A stretch of DNA of 64,000 nucleotides from OCS155 cluster bacterium AG-349-E07 (GCA_003281085.1 QCCZ01000002.1:11028-75027); one strand, 5' to 3'; counted from the stretch's first letter, positions 25,682 through 36,386 are shown. The notes: generated from the sequence alone by a model not told the origin. Numbers and translations are program-made.

Positions 25682-28322
25682 TAGTACCTATTAAACTTTC
25701 AAAATCTTCTTTTGTCTTTGTGAACACTCTAGATCCAGAACCTGGCTCCATAGTGACACCATACAACACATCTCCAGCATGCATGGTTTGTTGTTGATGT
25801 GTAACGATTATGTATTGTGCATCTTCTTTTATTTTATCGAGCAAATTAATCATTCTATGAAGATTTGCATCATCAAGAGCTGCTTCAACTTCATCTAAAA
25901 TATAAAATGGACTCGGGAAAGATTTAAATATTGAAAATAGAAATGCAATTGCAGCCAATGACCTCTCTCCACCAGATAATAATGAAAGTTTTTTAACTTT
26001 CTTGCCTCTTGGTTGTACTGATATCTCTATGCCAGTCTCTAAGATATTTGTTTTATCAGTGAATGAAAGTGATCCTTTACCCCCTGGAAATAATGTTTCA
26101 AATATTTCAGAAAAATGTACAGATATAGAATTAAATGATGATTCTATTCTGAATTCTATTTCAGTTTCTACTTCTTTAATGTTTAACAACAACTCTTTTT
26201 TTGAAAGCTGTAAATCATCAATGGTAGACTGTATTTCTTCATATCTGAGATTTAAAGAATCAAAGTCTTCTTTTGCTAGGTAATTGACAGTACCTATCTC
26301 TTCTAACTTGTTTTCAAGAAGTTTAATTTCATTTTCTAATTCACTTTGATTTGCAGCAATAATTCCATATTGATTAATTTGATCAATATTCAAACCATAT
26401 ATATTTACTAAATTAGAGTAATGATTGCCCTTAGAACTCTCCATTTCAGATTTTTTGATTGCTACATTAGTTAACATATCTTTTGTATTGAAAAGCTCAT
26501 TATTTAAATTTTCAATTTGTTCATCTATTCTTTCAATTTTCTTATTAGAATTTCCATATTTTTGGTCAAATTTTTCAGATTCTATTTCTAATTTATTAGA
26601 AGTTGAGTTTGTAAACTCTATAAAAGTTTTTGCAGAATTGATTATTTCAGATAACTGTAACTTCTGATGTAATCTATCAATTCCCTCAAGATTCTTTTTT
26701 ACAATATTTAATTCAGTATTCTGATTAGAAAGATTTTTTATTCTTTCTTGAGATGTAATAAGTTGATTGCTAATAAGACTTATATCTTGTTCTAATTGTT
26801 TAAGTTTATTTTCTAATTCATCTTTTTGTTTGTTTATATCAGATTTAAATTCTTCTTTATGAAAAATATTTGAGAGGAGCTCTTCTTTCTTAAGAAGTTC
26901 AGAATTTAAATTTTCAGAATCAAAATTAATTTTTAGAATATTATTTTTATTAATGTCTAATTCTCTTTGTATTATTTTTTTTGTATGAGCCGGAAATTCT
27001 TCAACTAAATCTTTTGGAATTTGATACGATTCTAATTTTATGTTTAAATCATTTAACAAAGATTCTGAAATTTGTAGATCTTCTTCCCACTTTGAAAATT
27101 CCTTTTCAAAAAGTTGTAAATCTTTATTTGTAATATCAATTGATTGTCTAATTTGTTTGATTTCACTTTCTAAAACTGCTTCATTTACCTCTGTAGAAGC
27201 AGATAGTTTTTTAATAATCTCTTCAATTTGATACTTAATGTCTACACTTTGATTTTCTAAATTAGTTAGGCTTTGCTTTTTATCCATCAACTGAGAGGTG
27301 AGCATTGATATTTGATTATTATTTTCATTTATTTTATTAATAGTTTTATTTAGCTCTTCGGAAGCTTTAATTTCTTCACGTTCTAAATTATCTTTTCTCT
27401 CATATGCAACTTGAGCTAAAGACCTAAGTTGCTCAGATAGATTTAAAAATTTTCCAGAGTAATCTTTAAATGTTGAACCTATTGAGTATCCATCACCAAG
27501 TTCATTATTTATCTGACCTTTTTGATCTTTTAATGTATTTAATTTTTTATCAATATCTTCTAAGTTTTGATCCAAGGAATTTTCTTCAATTACAAAACTT
27601 TTATATTTATCATCAAATTTTCTGAACATCATGACATTCAGTTCAATAACTTTACTCTTTAGGAGCTTTGTACTCTCTTCATGTATTTTTGCTTTTTCTG
27701 CTTGATCTTGCAGAGGTTTAAGTTGTTTTTTAATCTCACGAAGAACATCTTTTGCTCTCTTAATTTCTTTCTCGCCAGATTCAATTCTTTTTAATGATTT
27801 TTCTTTCTTAACTCTAAGTGGAAGAATTCCGGCTGCCTCTTCAATGGTTGTTCTGTGATCTTCAGGTTTAGAATTTAAAATTTCAGCTATTTGCCCCTGG
27901 GAAATAATGATATGTTGCTGCTTTCCAATACCAACATCATTTAAAAATTCTTGAATATCTAATAAACGGCAATTTAATCCGTTCATAAAATATTCTGAAG
28001 TACCATCCCTAAATAATTTTCTCCCAATAGATATTTCAGAATTTCCATTGAATAATTTTTCATCCACTTCAAAATTCAAATAAACTTCTGCAAAACCTTT
28101 TTGAGACAACTTTTCAGTACCAGCAAATATAACATCTTCCATCTTATTAGTTCTTAAGGTTGCTGGACTTTGAGTACCTAATACCCAAGAAATTGCATCA
28201 ACGACATTGGATTTACCAGAACCATTCGGTCCAACTATTACATTGACTTTATTTGAAAAGTCAACAGAAGTTTTTTCATAGAATGACTTAAAGCCATTAA
28301 TATCTAAAGATTTTAAATACAT
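25671..28322 (-). CDS. smc: SMC-family chromosome partition ATPase, short (883 aa), no recognisable hinge
   Basis: N-head FKSF...GPNGSGKSNVVDAISWVLG. C-head LSGGERSLAAIAFLFSIF, PFYILDEVEAALD and VLYGVTM. About 505 aa of heptad-like coil lie between the heads. Confidence 0.85.
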   Translation of the reverse strand: MYLKSLDINGFKSFYEKTSVDFSNKVNVIVGPNGSGKSNVVDAISWVLGTQSPATLRTNKMEDVIFAGTEKLSQKGFAEVYLNFEVDEKLFNGNSEISIGRKLFRDGTSEYFMNGLNCRLLDIQEFLNDVGIGKQQHIIISQGQIAEILNSKPEDHRTTIEEAAGILPLRVKKEKSLKRIESGEKEIKRAKDVLREIKKQLKPLQDQAEKAKIHEESTKLLKSKVIELNVMMFRKFDDKYKSFVIEENSLDQNLEDIDKKLNTLKDQKGQINNELGDGYSIGSTFKDYSGKFLNLSEQLRSLAQVAYERKDNLEREEIKASEELNKTINKINENNNQISMLTSQLMDKKQSLTNLENQSVDIKYQIEEIIKKLSASTEVNEAVLESEIKQIRQSIDITNKDLQLFEKEFSKWEEDLQISESLLNDLNIKLESYQIPKDLVEEFPAHTKKIIQRELDINKNNILKINFDSENLNSELLKKEELLSNIFHKEEFKSDINKQKDELENKLKQLEQDISLISNQLITSQERIKNLSNQNTELNIVKKNLEGIDRLHQKLQLSEIINSAKTFIEFTNSTSNKLEIESEKFDQKYGNSNKKIERIDEQIENLNNELFNTKDMLTNVAIKKSEMESSKGNHYSNLVNIYGLNIDQINQYGIIAANQSELENEIKLLENKLEEIGTVNYLAKEDFDSLNLRYEEIQSTIDDLQLSKKELLLNIKEVETEIEFRIESSFNSISVHFSEIFETLFPGGKGSLSFTDKTNILETGIEISVQPRGKKVKKLSLLSGGERSLAAIAFLFSIFKSFPSPFYILDEVEAALDDANLHRMINLLDKIKEDAQYIIVTHQQQTMHAGDVLYGVTMEPGSGSRVFTKTKEDFESLIGTNEK

Positions 28323-28387
28323 TATTTACCCTGTTGTTAACTTAATAATAGTAAAAAATAGAATAATTTGCTTTAAATTGAAAAAAT

Positions 28388-29323
28388 TTAAAAAACAGTT
28401 ATCGTGACTGCCTTAGTTTTTTGAGTATTTAAACTATAAAGATTGCTTAAATATTGAAAAGGTTTTTCATTAACCATTCCTATTTCGTTTAAGTATTTAG
28501 TTGCAGCTAAATCTACTCCCCTTTTACTTCCATCAATACATTTAAACAAATATGATTCATCGTTATTTGTAACAAATAGAACACCTTCTGCACCAGATTT
28601 AGCTAAAACTGTTTTGCTTGAATTGAGAATGATATTTGTATCTGTTCGATTTTCACCGCCAATAAGTAATGGGTTTGTATAGTAAGAATTAAACATATCA
28701 GACCAATTATTAGAGTATTCTGTAGTTTTTATCTTATTAACCGCTTTTAAAAAACTATCAGTTCGTAAATGTATTGCTGGAAGACCACATCCGTCTGTGC
28801 CAAAACCAATATCATTATCAGTGAAAATAAATTGAAAGAACTCTTTAACTATCGATTGTGTTTTACTTTTAAAAGTATGATAAATTTTGTTATCCTCGTT
28901 AAGAATTTTTGAAAATAAAAGCATAGCAAGGTGCTTTCCTGAGCAATTATGGTGTAATTTTGTATATTCTTTATTATCTCGTAGTAATTTATCAGCGGTA
29001 GGTTCATGAAAAGGTCTTTGTTTTCCACAAACTAATCTTTCAAGTTCTAAATCATATTTTTTTGCAATTGTTTTAATTAATTTTGTATGAATTTCTTGAC
29101 CAGAATGAGAAGATGAAAATATAGCTATTTCTTCACTTGTAAATAATATATTTTGATTTTGGGCTTCATAAAGAAGAGGGATAAGTTGAAAAGGTTTAAC
29201 AGCTGATCTTGGAAAAAAATAATCATATTCTTTTTGATCATTTTTATATACGTTAACAACGTGAGTCGATTCAAGAGAACCGTCTCTATTTAGTTGAACT
29301 TTTAATTTTTTAATTTTTGACAT
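28388..29323 (-). CDS. Asparaginase II-family protein (putative)
   Basis: 311 aa with SSHSGQEIH and HNCSGKHLAML, resembling the Rhizobium-type asparaginase II family. Confidence 0.55.
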   Translation of the reverse strand: MSKIKKLKVQLNRDGSLESTHVVNVYKNDQKEYDYFFPRSAVKPFQLIPLLYEAQNQNILFTSEEIAIFSSSHSGQEIHTKLIKTIAKKYDLELERLVCGKQRPFHEPTADKLLRDNKEYTKLHHNCSGKHLAMLLFSKILNEDNKIYHTFKSKTQSIVKEFFQFIFTDNDIGFGTDGCGLPAIHLRTDSFLKAVNKIKTTEYSNNWSDMFNSYYTNPLLIGGENRTDTNIILNSSKTVLAKSGAEGVLFVTNNDESYLFKCIDGSKRGVDLAATKYLNEIGMVNEKPFQYLSNLYSLNTQKTKAVTITVF

Positions 29324-30105
29324 TTCCTACAAAAATATGTAGCTCTTTGGTTAATGTATATTTTATCAATTATATGTTCACAATTAAAACAATTTGTTTT
29401 GCTATATATTTTTAAAAAATTCTGATTTGAACCAAATTCACCATAAGGCAAAAAATAAGTCATATCACTTAAAGTTGTTCCATTGTTTTTAATTGCTAAA
29501 CGCATAATTTTTTTGGTGTTATTAAAAAATTCTTGCCAATTATTGCTACTTAAAGCATTTACTTTTGTTTCAGGGTGAATTCTTGAGGCAAACAATATTT
29601 CGTTTGCATAAATGTTACCTATTCCACTCATGTATTTTTGGTTAAGTATAAAATCTTTTATCAATGATTTTGATTTCTTACTTTTATCAATAATTATTCT
29701 TGATTGTTTTGTACTAATATCCAACACATCTGGACCAATTTTATTCAAATAATCAATTTTTAATTCCACTTTTATGATATTAATAAATCCAAATCTTCTA
29801 ATATCATCAAAATTTACTGTATCTTTGTCAAAATAAAAACGGGCTCTTGTATGTTTATTTTTTTTATCGTTTACTTGGATTCTTCCGCTCATTCCTAAAT
29901 GAAAAATGATCGAATAATGTTCAAAATCAAAAATTAAAAGTTTACCTTTTCTTGATATTCCTGATAAAGATTCTTTAATTGTTGGTTTTTTAGTATTATA
30001 TCTATTTGTTCTATGATCATAGATTTTATAATTCTCTAGTTTCTGACCAACAATATTTGAAGATAACGAACGTTTAATTGATTCTACTTCAGGCAGTTCA
30101 GGCAT
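29302..30105 (-). CDS. mutM: Formamidopyrimidine-DNA glycosylase
   Basis: 267 aa with the N-terminal MPELPEVE and a C-terminal zinc finger (CFNCEH...CRKCQ). Confidence 0.85.
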   Translation of the reverse strand: MPELPEVESIKRSLSSNIVGQKLENYKIYDHRTNRYNTKKPTIKESLSGISRKGKLLIFDFEHYSIIFHLGMSGRIQVNDKKNKHTRARFYFDKDTVNFDDIRRFGFINIIKVELKIDYLNKIGPDVLDISTKQSRIIIDKSKKSKSLIKDFILNQKYMSGIGNIYANEILFASRIHPETKVNALSSNNWQEFFNNTKKIMRLAIKNNGTTLSDMTYFLPYGEFGSNQNFLKIYSKTNCFNCEHIIDKIYINQRATYFCRKCQKLKN

Positions 30106-30775
30106 TTATTTTTTCTAATGCTTGTTTCGCAGCTTCTTGTTGTGAACTTTTCTTTGACTTGCCTTCTCCAACTCCGATAATTTCTTTATCCAAAAAAACT
30201 TGTGTTTGAAATTTTTTATCATGATCTGGACCAGTAGATGAATCCATATAATTTACTTTTTTCCCAACTTTCGCATAATACTCTTGAAGTCTTGTTTTAT
30301 AATCTTTCTGCCCAGGATTTTCAGAAAGCTCTTTTATGCTCGGATATATGTATTTAGAAACAAATCCATTTACTGCGGTTAATCCCCCGTCAAAATATAA
30401 TGCTGCAATTAAAGCTTCTACTGCATCTTCAATTATGGATGACTTGTTCCTACCTCCGGTAGAATCCTCTGCTTTGCTTAAAAACATAAAAGATCCAATA
30501 TTTATTTCATTACCTAATTTCACTAAATTCGTCTGATTAACAGCACTTGATCTTATCTTTGTAAGACTTCCTTCATCTAAATCTGGAAAATGTTTAAAAA
30601 GGTATTCAGTTAAATCAAAATCCAAAATAGTATCTCCAAAGAATTCATAGCGCTGATTTGATATTAAATCTGGGTTTTCGTCTAAATAAGATTTATGAGT
30701 CAAAGCAATTTTTAAAAGTTTTTTGTCTTTAAAGCTATACCCTATTGTTTTCTCAAATTCTTCTATGCTTTTCAT
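30098..30775 (-). CDS. rnc: Ribonuclease III
   Basis: 225 aa with the QRYEFFGDTILD signature and a C-terminal dsRBD. Confidence 0.9.
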   Translation of the reverse strand: MKSIEEFEKTIGYSFKDKKLLKIALTHKSYLDENPDLISNQRYEFFGDTILDFDLTEYLFKHFPDLDEGSLTKIRSSAVNQTNLVKLGNEINIGSFMFLSKAEDSTGGRNKSSIIEDAVEALIAALYFDGGLTAVNGFVSKYIYPSIKELSENPGQKDYKTRLQEYYAKVGKKVNYMDSSTGPDHDKKFQTQVFLDKEIIGVGEGKSKKSSQQEAAKQALEKINA

Positions 30776-31743
30776 AATTCACTTAATGCGGAGGAAAACT
30801 TACTGATTAAATCTTTTTTTACAGCAGTTTCTGTATATATAATTGCATTTTTGACTGCTTCGGAATTAGAAGAACCATGACCTATTGTGACTACTCCGTT
30901 CACTCCTAATAAGTATGAAGCACCAGATTTATCTGGATTAAGCTGATCTTTAACAGGTTGCAAAGCTTTTTTTACTGGAATTAACAAAGGTTTAAATAAA
31001 TTATCTAACAGTGCTGAAGAAATTAGATTTTGCTGTAATTTTGCAGTGCCTTCTAATGTTTTTAATACTACATTTCCAGTAAATCCGTCAGTAACAAACA
31101 CATCAGCTTTTTTTGTTGAAAAATCTCTTCCTTCTATATTTCCAACAAAGTTTAAATTACTATTTTTTAATAATTTATATGCTGCTTTTTCTACATCTCG
31201 ACCTTTAGTTTCCTCTTCTCCGTTATTTAGAAGACCTACTTTAGGATTGTCAATATCCATTATTACTTCAGCTAATTTTGCTCCCATTATTCCGTATTGA
31301 AAAAGAACTTTTGGCTTTACATCTAAACTAGCTCCTGAATCAAGAAGAATTGTATTACCACTTAACGAAGGCAACACAGAAGCTATGACAGGCCTAATAA
31401 CTCCCTTATGTTTTCCAAGAATTGAAATTGCACTTATTAATGTTGCGCCTGTAGAACCTGCAGAAAATACTGCCTGTACTTTTTTGTCTTTAAGTAATTG
31501 CATACACCCAACTATTGATGCATTTTTTTTATTTCTTATAGCTCTTAATGGATCTTCATCCATAGAAATAACTTCGGGAAAATCAAAAACAGGTATTTCA
31601 TGATTTTCTAAATATGGATTAATTAAATTTTTATCACCACATAAAACAACATCAACATCCTGCTCTTTCGCTTTAATAGCTCCTTTAACGATATCAATTG
31701 GAGCAGAGTCACCACCCATTGCATCAATAGCAATAGTATTCAT
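30772..31743 (-). CDS. plsX: Phosphate acyltransferase PlsX
   Basis: 323 aa with IAIDAMGGDSAP, in the rpmF-plsX context. Confidence 0.9.
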   Translation of the reverse strand: MNTIAIDAMGGDSAPIDIVKGAIKAKEQDVDVVLCGDKNLINPYLENHEIPVFDFPEVISMDEDPLRAIRNKKNASIVGCMQLLKDKKVQAVFSAGSTGATLISAISILGKHKGVIRPVIASVLPSLSGNTILLDSGASLDVKPKVLFQYGIMGAKLAEVIMDIDNPKVGLLNNGEEETKGRDVEKAAYKLLKNSNLNFVGNIEGRDFSTKKADVFVTDGFTGNVVLKTLEGTAKLQQNLISSALLDNLFKPLLIPVKKALQPVKDQLNPDKSGASYLLGVNGVVTIGHGSSNSEAVKNAIIYTETAVKKDLISKFSSALSEL

Positions 31744-31750
31744 AGCAAAC

Positions 31751-31933
31751 TTAACTTACTTCAGGTTCTTTTACTTGACGACCGTTATAAGTACCATCAG
31801 CAGGATTTACTCTATGAGATTGTTTTGCTACACCTGTTTCAGGGTCTACTACATAATGAGGTTTAGATATTTTATGTGTAGCTTTTCTGCGTCTAGTTCT
31901 TGATTTAGACATCTTTTTCTTTGGAACTGCCAT
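31751..31933 (-). CDS. rpmF: 50S ribosomal protein L32
   Basis: 60 aa beginning MAVPKKKMSKSRTRRRKATHK. Confidence 0.9.
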   Translation of the reverse strand: MAVPKKKMSKSRTRRRKATHKISKPHYVVDPETGVAKQSHRVNPADGTYNGRQVKEPEVS

Positions 31934-31951
31934 ATCTATATTCCTTTCAAA

Positions 31952-32449
31952 CTACAAATCTAGCTGACTTAGGGAAGAAAATGGACTTTCTTTTAAGTTT
32001 TTTTCTTCGCAATTACACTTAATTTTATTCATATTGCTGCCGCAAATACCGCATAAACCTTTACATTTATTGCTGCATATATAAAGTCTATCTAAATTAT
32101 CGATAATTATTTCTGAAATAAATGGCTCTATATCTACATATTCTCTATCAAAATTAATTTCATAATCGTTTTCTACATCAATATTAAGCTTAAATAATCT
32201 TGACTTTTTCATCTTATTTGCCTTTTTAGAGAGACATCTTCCGCATTCTGATTTATAAGAAAGTTCTAAATTGATATTAATATTTAATATTGAATCATCA
32301 ATATAAAGTTCCGAAATTAAATTCACTAAATCTTGATCTTCTGTGAAATGATTTGCATAAGAAATTTCAAATTTCCCAGAAAGATTGACAACTAAAGGAA
32401 CAGGAGAATTCACTATATCAATGGTTTTTATCTTTGAATTGAGCTTCAT
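31952..32449 (-). CDS. yceD: DUF177/YceD-family protein
   Basis: 165 aa with the C-terminal Cys cluster CSNKCKGLCGICGSNMN, immediately upstream of rpmF. Confidence 0.75.
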   Translation of the reverse strand: MKLNSKIKTIDIVNSPVPLVVNLSGKFEISYANHFTEDQDLVNLISELYIDDSILNININLELSYKSECGRCLSKKANKMKKSRLFKLNIDVENDYEINFDREYVDIEPFISEIIIDNLDRLYICSNKCKGLCGICGSNMNKIKCNCEEKNLKESPFSSLSQLDL

Positions 32450-32952
32450 TAATTTTCTGGGTTTTCTATGTTTCTAGGCTCACGTAGTTTATTTTTTTCA
32501 TTTTCTAAAAAATTAGAAAGTTGATTAATTTTATTCTGAATGTCATCTATTCTCTGATCAATTGTATCTTCTATATTTGTTCTATATGTTTGCATCTCAA
32601 CTTCAGCTTGTTTTATTATTGCATTTGCTTCAATTACAGCTTCCTGAATAACATATGAATTTGCAATCAATTTTTCAGATTCTGCCTTGGCATCATCTAA
32701 AAGAGCTTTCGATTCAATTTTGGCTTGATTGATAAAACTTTCTTGTTCTCTAACAATCCATCTTGCAGTGCGCATCTCAACTGGCATAGAGTCAATTATT
32801 TCATCAATACTCTTTAATATATCTTTTTTATTAATTCTCCCCTTAAGAGTATTTGAATTTAATTGATTTCTTAAATTTTCTAATTTGTCTACTATTTCGA
32901 TTTTACTTTCACCTTTAAAAACATCTTCAAAGTTTGTTTCAGAATTATTCAT
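32449..32952 (-). CDS. Coiled-coil protein of unknown function (occupies the slot of DivIVA/SepIVA-like proteins in other Actinobacteria)
   Basis: 167 aa with an Ala/Glu/Lys-rich heptad region (AKIESKALLDDAKAESEKLIANSYVIQEAVIEANAIIKQAEVE). The functional label rests on position only. Confidence 0.35.
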   Translation of the reverse strand: MNNSETNFEDVFKGESKIEIVDKLENLRNQLNSNTLKGRINKKDILKSIDEIIDSMPVEMRTARWIVREQESFINQAKIESKALLDDAKAESEKLIANSYVIQEAVIEANAIIKQAEVEMQTYRTNIEDTIDQRIDDIQNKINQLSNFLENEKNKLREPRNIENPEN

Positions 32953-33409
32953 TGTTTAGCCTTTTTAAAACTTCTGGTGGAACTAAAGAAGAAACATCCC
33001 CACCAAAAGAATGTATTTCTTTAACCATTGAACTGGATAAATAACCAAATTCCGGTGAAGAAGGAATGAATATGGTCTCAAATCCAGCAAGTGTAGAATT
33101 TGCCTGAGCCATTTGAAACTCGTAATCAAAATCTGTCATTGCTCTTAATCCTTTAACAATTGCATCTACAGAATTTTTTGAGGCAAAGTCAACTAAAAGA
33201 CCTTCAAAACTCATAACTTTTATATTTTTGTAGTCTTTAAATATTTCCTCAAGCATTGATGATCTCTCTTCACGTGAAAATAATGATTCTTTTGAAGGAT
33301 TAACTACAACACCAACAAGAATTTCAGTAAAGATTTTGGAACATCTTTTTATTACATCTATATGGCCATTTGTTGGTGGATCAAAAGAGCCTGGAATTAA
33401 AATTTTCAT
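32945..33409 (-). CDS. coaD: Phosphopantetheine adenylyltransferase
   Basis: 154 aa with PGSFDPPTNGHIDVI. Confidence 0.9.
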   Translation of the reverse strand: MKILIPGSFDPPTNGHIDVIKRCSKIFTEILVGVVVNPSKESLFSREERSSMLEEIFKDYKNIKVMSFEGLLVDFASKNSVDAIVKGLRAMTDFDYEFQMAQANSTLAGFETIFIPSSPEFGYLSSSMVKEIHSFGGDVSSLVPPEVLKRLNNE

Positions 33410-33942
33410 AATTTCCTCAATATAAGAATATTACTTTGACCATAGTTTTTTTCTTTATGAATTTTATAATTTTTTAAAGTATCAAGTTCTTTTGATGCTG
33501 TATGGCGGTGTATTACAACAAATCCATCAGTATTTAATATATTATAAATTTTCATGACCTCGTTTTTAACAACATCCGTTTCTATTTTGAAAGGAGGGTC
33601 ATAAAAAACAATATCGTATGTACTCAAGGATGTTTGTAAAAACTTATCTACACTAGATTTAGTGATTTTATAATTATTTTCAAATTCGTTTAAATTTTGC
33701 TTCAAAATAGTTATGCAATCATCTGAATTTTCAATAAAAGTTACAAAATTCGCACCTCTACTCAAAGATTCAATTCCTAAGCTTCCTGAACCGGCATAAA
33801 GATCTAAAATATCTTTTTTTTCAATGTTGAATTGTAGAGAATTAAATATTGATTCCCTTACTTTGCTCATCATAGGTCTGGTTAATGGATCATTAATTGT
33901 TCGAATTAATTTTGACTTATATCTTCCAGCAAGAACTCTCAT
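33406..33942 (-). CDS. rsmD: 16S rRNA (guanine966-N2)-methyltransferase RsmD
   Basis: 178 aa with LDLYAGSGSLGIE and the FYDPPF motif. Confidence 0.85.
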   Translation of the reverse strand: MRVLAGRYKSKLIRTINDPLTRPMMSKVRESIFNSLQFNIEKKDILDLYAGSGSLGIESLSRGANFVTFIENSDDCITILKQNLNEFENNYKITKSSVDKFLQTSLSTYDIVFYDPPFKIETDVVKNEVMKIYNILNTDGFVVIHRHTASKELDTLKNYKIHKEKNYGQSNILILRKL

Positions 33943-36065
33943 GTAGTTCCACTTGCTTTAAAATAATTTGGAAATAGAATTTGCGCTTCCTCGAACAGTA
34001 GTTTTTTAATATCTTCAGATTCAATTTTATCAAATATATTTTTTGATTCTAAAAGCAGTTCATAATCGAATCTCAAATCGGCTATCTTTAAATCAGATTG
34101 CCCAGATTGGCTTGTACCAGTAACTTTACCTTCACCTCTAATCTCTAAATCAATTTCTGATAATTTAAAGCCATCTTTTATATTTACAATCGCTTCTAAT
34201 CTTCTCTTTCCATCTTCACTGATTGTATTTAATGTTTTTTTCTTAGAAACATGAAAAATACATTCTGATTGTTTGTCACTTCTCCCAACCCTACCTCTTA
34301 ATTGGTGTAGTTGGTTTAGTCCAAATCTTTCAGCGCTTTCAATAATCATTAATGTTGCATTCGGTATATCTATTCCAACTTCAATAACGACTGTAGAAAC
34401 TAGGATATCTACTTTACCATTCTTCATATCTTGCATTATTTGGTCTTTTTCATCAAAAGACATCTTTCCATGAAGAATCGAAACATTGTAATCTTTAAAC
34501 TTTTCTTTATACTCAATGAAAACATTTTCAGCAGCTTGAATATCCACCAATTCACTTTCTTCAATAAATGGGCAGACTACAAATATTTGTGATTTTTTCT
34601 GGAGATGAAACTCACAAATATCATAAATAGTTTCGTTATCTTTTTTTGATCCTTCTATTAGATGTGAAGTGATGTCTTTTCTCCCAGGTGGTAATTCATT
34701 AATCGAAGAAATTTCTAAATCTCCATAAATTGACAATGCTGTAGTTCTTGGAATTGGTGTAGCAGTCATAACTAACTGGTCAGGAATATCTCCAGTTTCA
34801 TTTATTAGCTTTTTTCTTTGCTCTACACCAAATCTCTGTTGTTCATCAATAATAGCAAATCCAAGATTTGAAAATTTAATACTTTCCTGAATTAGTGCGT
34901 GAGTACCAATATATAGGGCTGGTTTACCATTATTTAAGTTGTCTAAAATGTTTTCTCTATCTTTAATTGATGAAGTAAGTAGGTATATGTCACATTGATC
35001 TTTATTCATAAATTGATTAATTGAGGCAAAGTGTTGCTCAGCTAAAACCTCTGTTGGAGCCATTAATGCAACCTGATAGCCTGATTTAATTGCAGCATAA
35101 GATGCGATAGTAGCCACGACTGTTTTTCCTGAACCAACATCGCCTTGCAGCAGTCTTTTCATAGGATAATTTTTTCTAAAATCCTCTAAAATTTCGTTTA
35201 CAGCTTTTAATTGTGATTGTGTTAACTGAAATGGGAGTTGGTCTATAAATTCATCTATGTCTGAATTAGAAAATGTGTAAACTAATCCTTTATTTTCATT
35301 CTTATATTTTGACTTTAGATTTTCAAATATTGACCTTAAATAAATAAACTCATCTAAAACTAATCTCCGTCTTGCATTTTTATAATCAACTTCGTTTTTT
35401 GGAAAATGAATCTTTTTTACACTTTGTAATCTATTTTCAAGAGAATGTTCTTTTATGATTTCAGAAGGTAAGACATCAAATAATCCAGGTGTAAAATCAT
35501 CTTTTGTCGACTCTAATATAGCGATAATTTCCTTTAACCCTTTTCTAATGCTTGCACTTGTCATGCCTTCTACTTTTTTGTAAATAGGAATAAAAGAACC
35601 CGTCTCATTTAATTCTTCAATATCAGTAAATTTTTCAATAGCTGGATTTTTAAAATCAACACTTCCAGTTTTTTTAACTTCAGGCTTTCCTGATACAGCA
35701 ACTACTTCACCTTCTTTAAATCTAGACTCTATATATTGAGGACCAAACCATTTGGCTTTTAAACTTCCTGATTCATCAGAAATACTAAGTGTTGCAATTC
35801 TTAATCTTGTCTTAGTAGTAAAAACGGATACTTTATCAATAGTTCCAAAGATAGTTACTTCATTATTTTCATCATTTTTATCGATTTCAGATATTAACTT
35901 AACCTTAGATCTGTCAATATGTGTTCTTGGAAAATAGCGAATTAAATCAACAACAGTTTTTAATTTACTTTTTTTTAAACTTGCAAACTTTTTTTCGCCT
36001 ATTCCCCTAACAAAACTAAGTTCTATTTCATCTAAATATTTAAAGCTTCTTTCAACCACAATCAA
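33939..36065 (-). CDS. recG: ATP-dependent DNA helicase RecG
   Basis: 708 aa with an N-terminal wedge/OB region, GDVGSGKT, IIDEQQRFG and QLRGRVGR. Confidence 0.9.
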   Translation of the reverse strand: MIVVERSFKYLDEIELSFVRGIGEKKFASLKKSKLKTVVDLIRYFPRTHIDRSKVKLISEIDKNDENNEVTIFGTIDKVSVFTTKTRLRIATLSISDESGSLKAKWFGPQYIESRFKEGEVVAVSGKPEVKKTGSVDFKNPAIEKFTDIEELNETGSFIPIYKKVEGMTSASIRKGLKEIIAILESTKDDFTPGLFDVLPSEIIKEHSLENRLQSVKKIHFPKNEVDYKNARRRLVLDEFIYLRSIFENLKSKYKNENKGLVYTFSNSDIDEFIDQLPFQLTQSQLKAVNEILEDFRKNYPMKRLLQGDVGSGKTVVATIASYAAIKSGYQVALMAPTEVLAEQHFASINQFMNKDQCDIYLLTSSIKDRENILDNLNNGKPALYIGTHALIQESIKFSNLGFAIIDEQQRFGVEQRKKLINETGDIPDQLVMTATPIPRTTALSIYGDLEISSINELPPGRKDITSHLIEGSKKDNETIYDICEFHLQKKSQIFVVCPFIEESELVDIQAAENVFIEYKEKFKDYNVSILHGKMSFDEKDQIMQDMKNGKVDILVSTVVIEVGIDIPNATLMIIESAERFGLNQLHQLRGRVGRSDKQSECIFHVSKKKTLNTISEDGKRRLEAIVNIKDGFKLSEIDLEIRGEGKVTGTSQSGQSDLKIADLRFDYELLLESKNIFDKIESEDIKKLLFEEAQILFPNYFKASGTT

Positions 36066-36149
36066 ACATTACCTAAAAAGTTTTAAAATGAAAGTACCTA
36101 CAAATTAATAAATTAGTTATAGTTAGAATTGTATTTTGGAGGAAATATT

Positions 36150-36386
36150 ATGGCAAATAGATGTCAAGTTACAGGAAGAGAACCACGCTCTGGGAAGAAC
36201 GTTACCTTTTCTCATAAACGAAATCCTCGATGGTTTAAACCAAATATTCAAACAAAAAAATATTGGCTTGCTAGCGAAAATAGATGGGTAAAACTTAAAG
36301 TTAGTACAAGAGGAAACAAAATTATTGATAAGCGTGGAATAGAGTCAGTTGTTAAGGAAATTAGACAAAGAGGCGAAAAAGTTTAA
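36150..36386 (+). CDS. rpmB: 50S ribosomal protein L28
   Basis: MANRCQVTGREPRSGKNVTFSHKRNPRWFKPN. The ATG at 36150 has GGAGG 6 nt upstream; the ORF-track start at 36129 is rejected. Confidence 0.9.
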   Translation: MANRCQVTGREPRSGKNVTFSHKRNPRWFKPNIQTKKYWLASENRWVKLKVSTRGNKIIDKRGIESVVKEIRQRGEKV

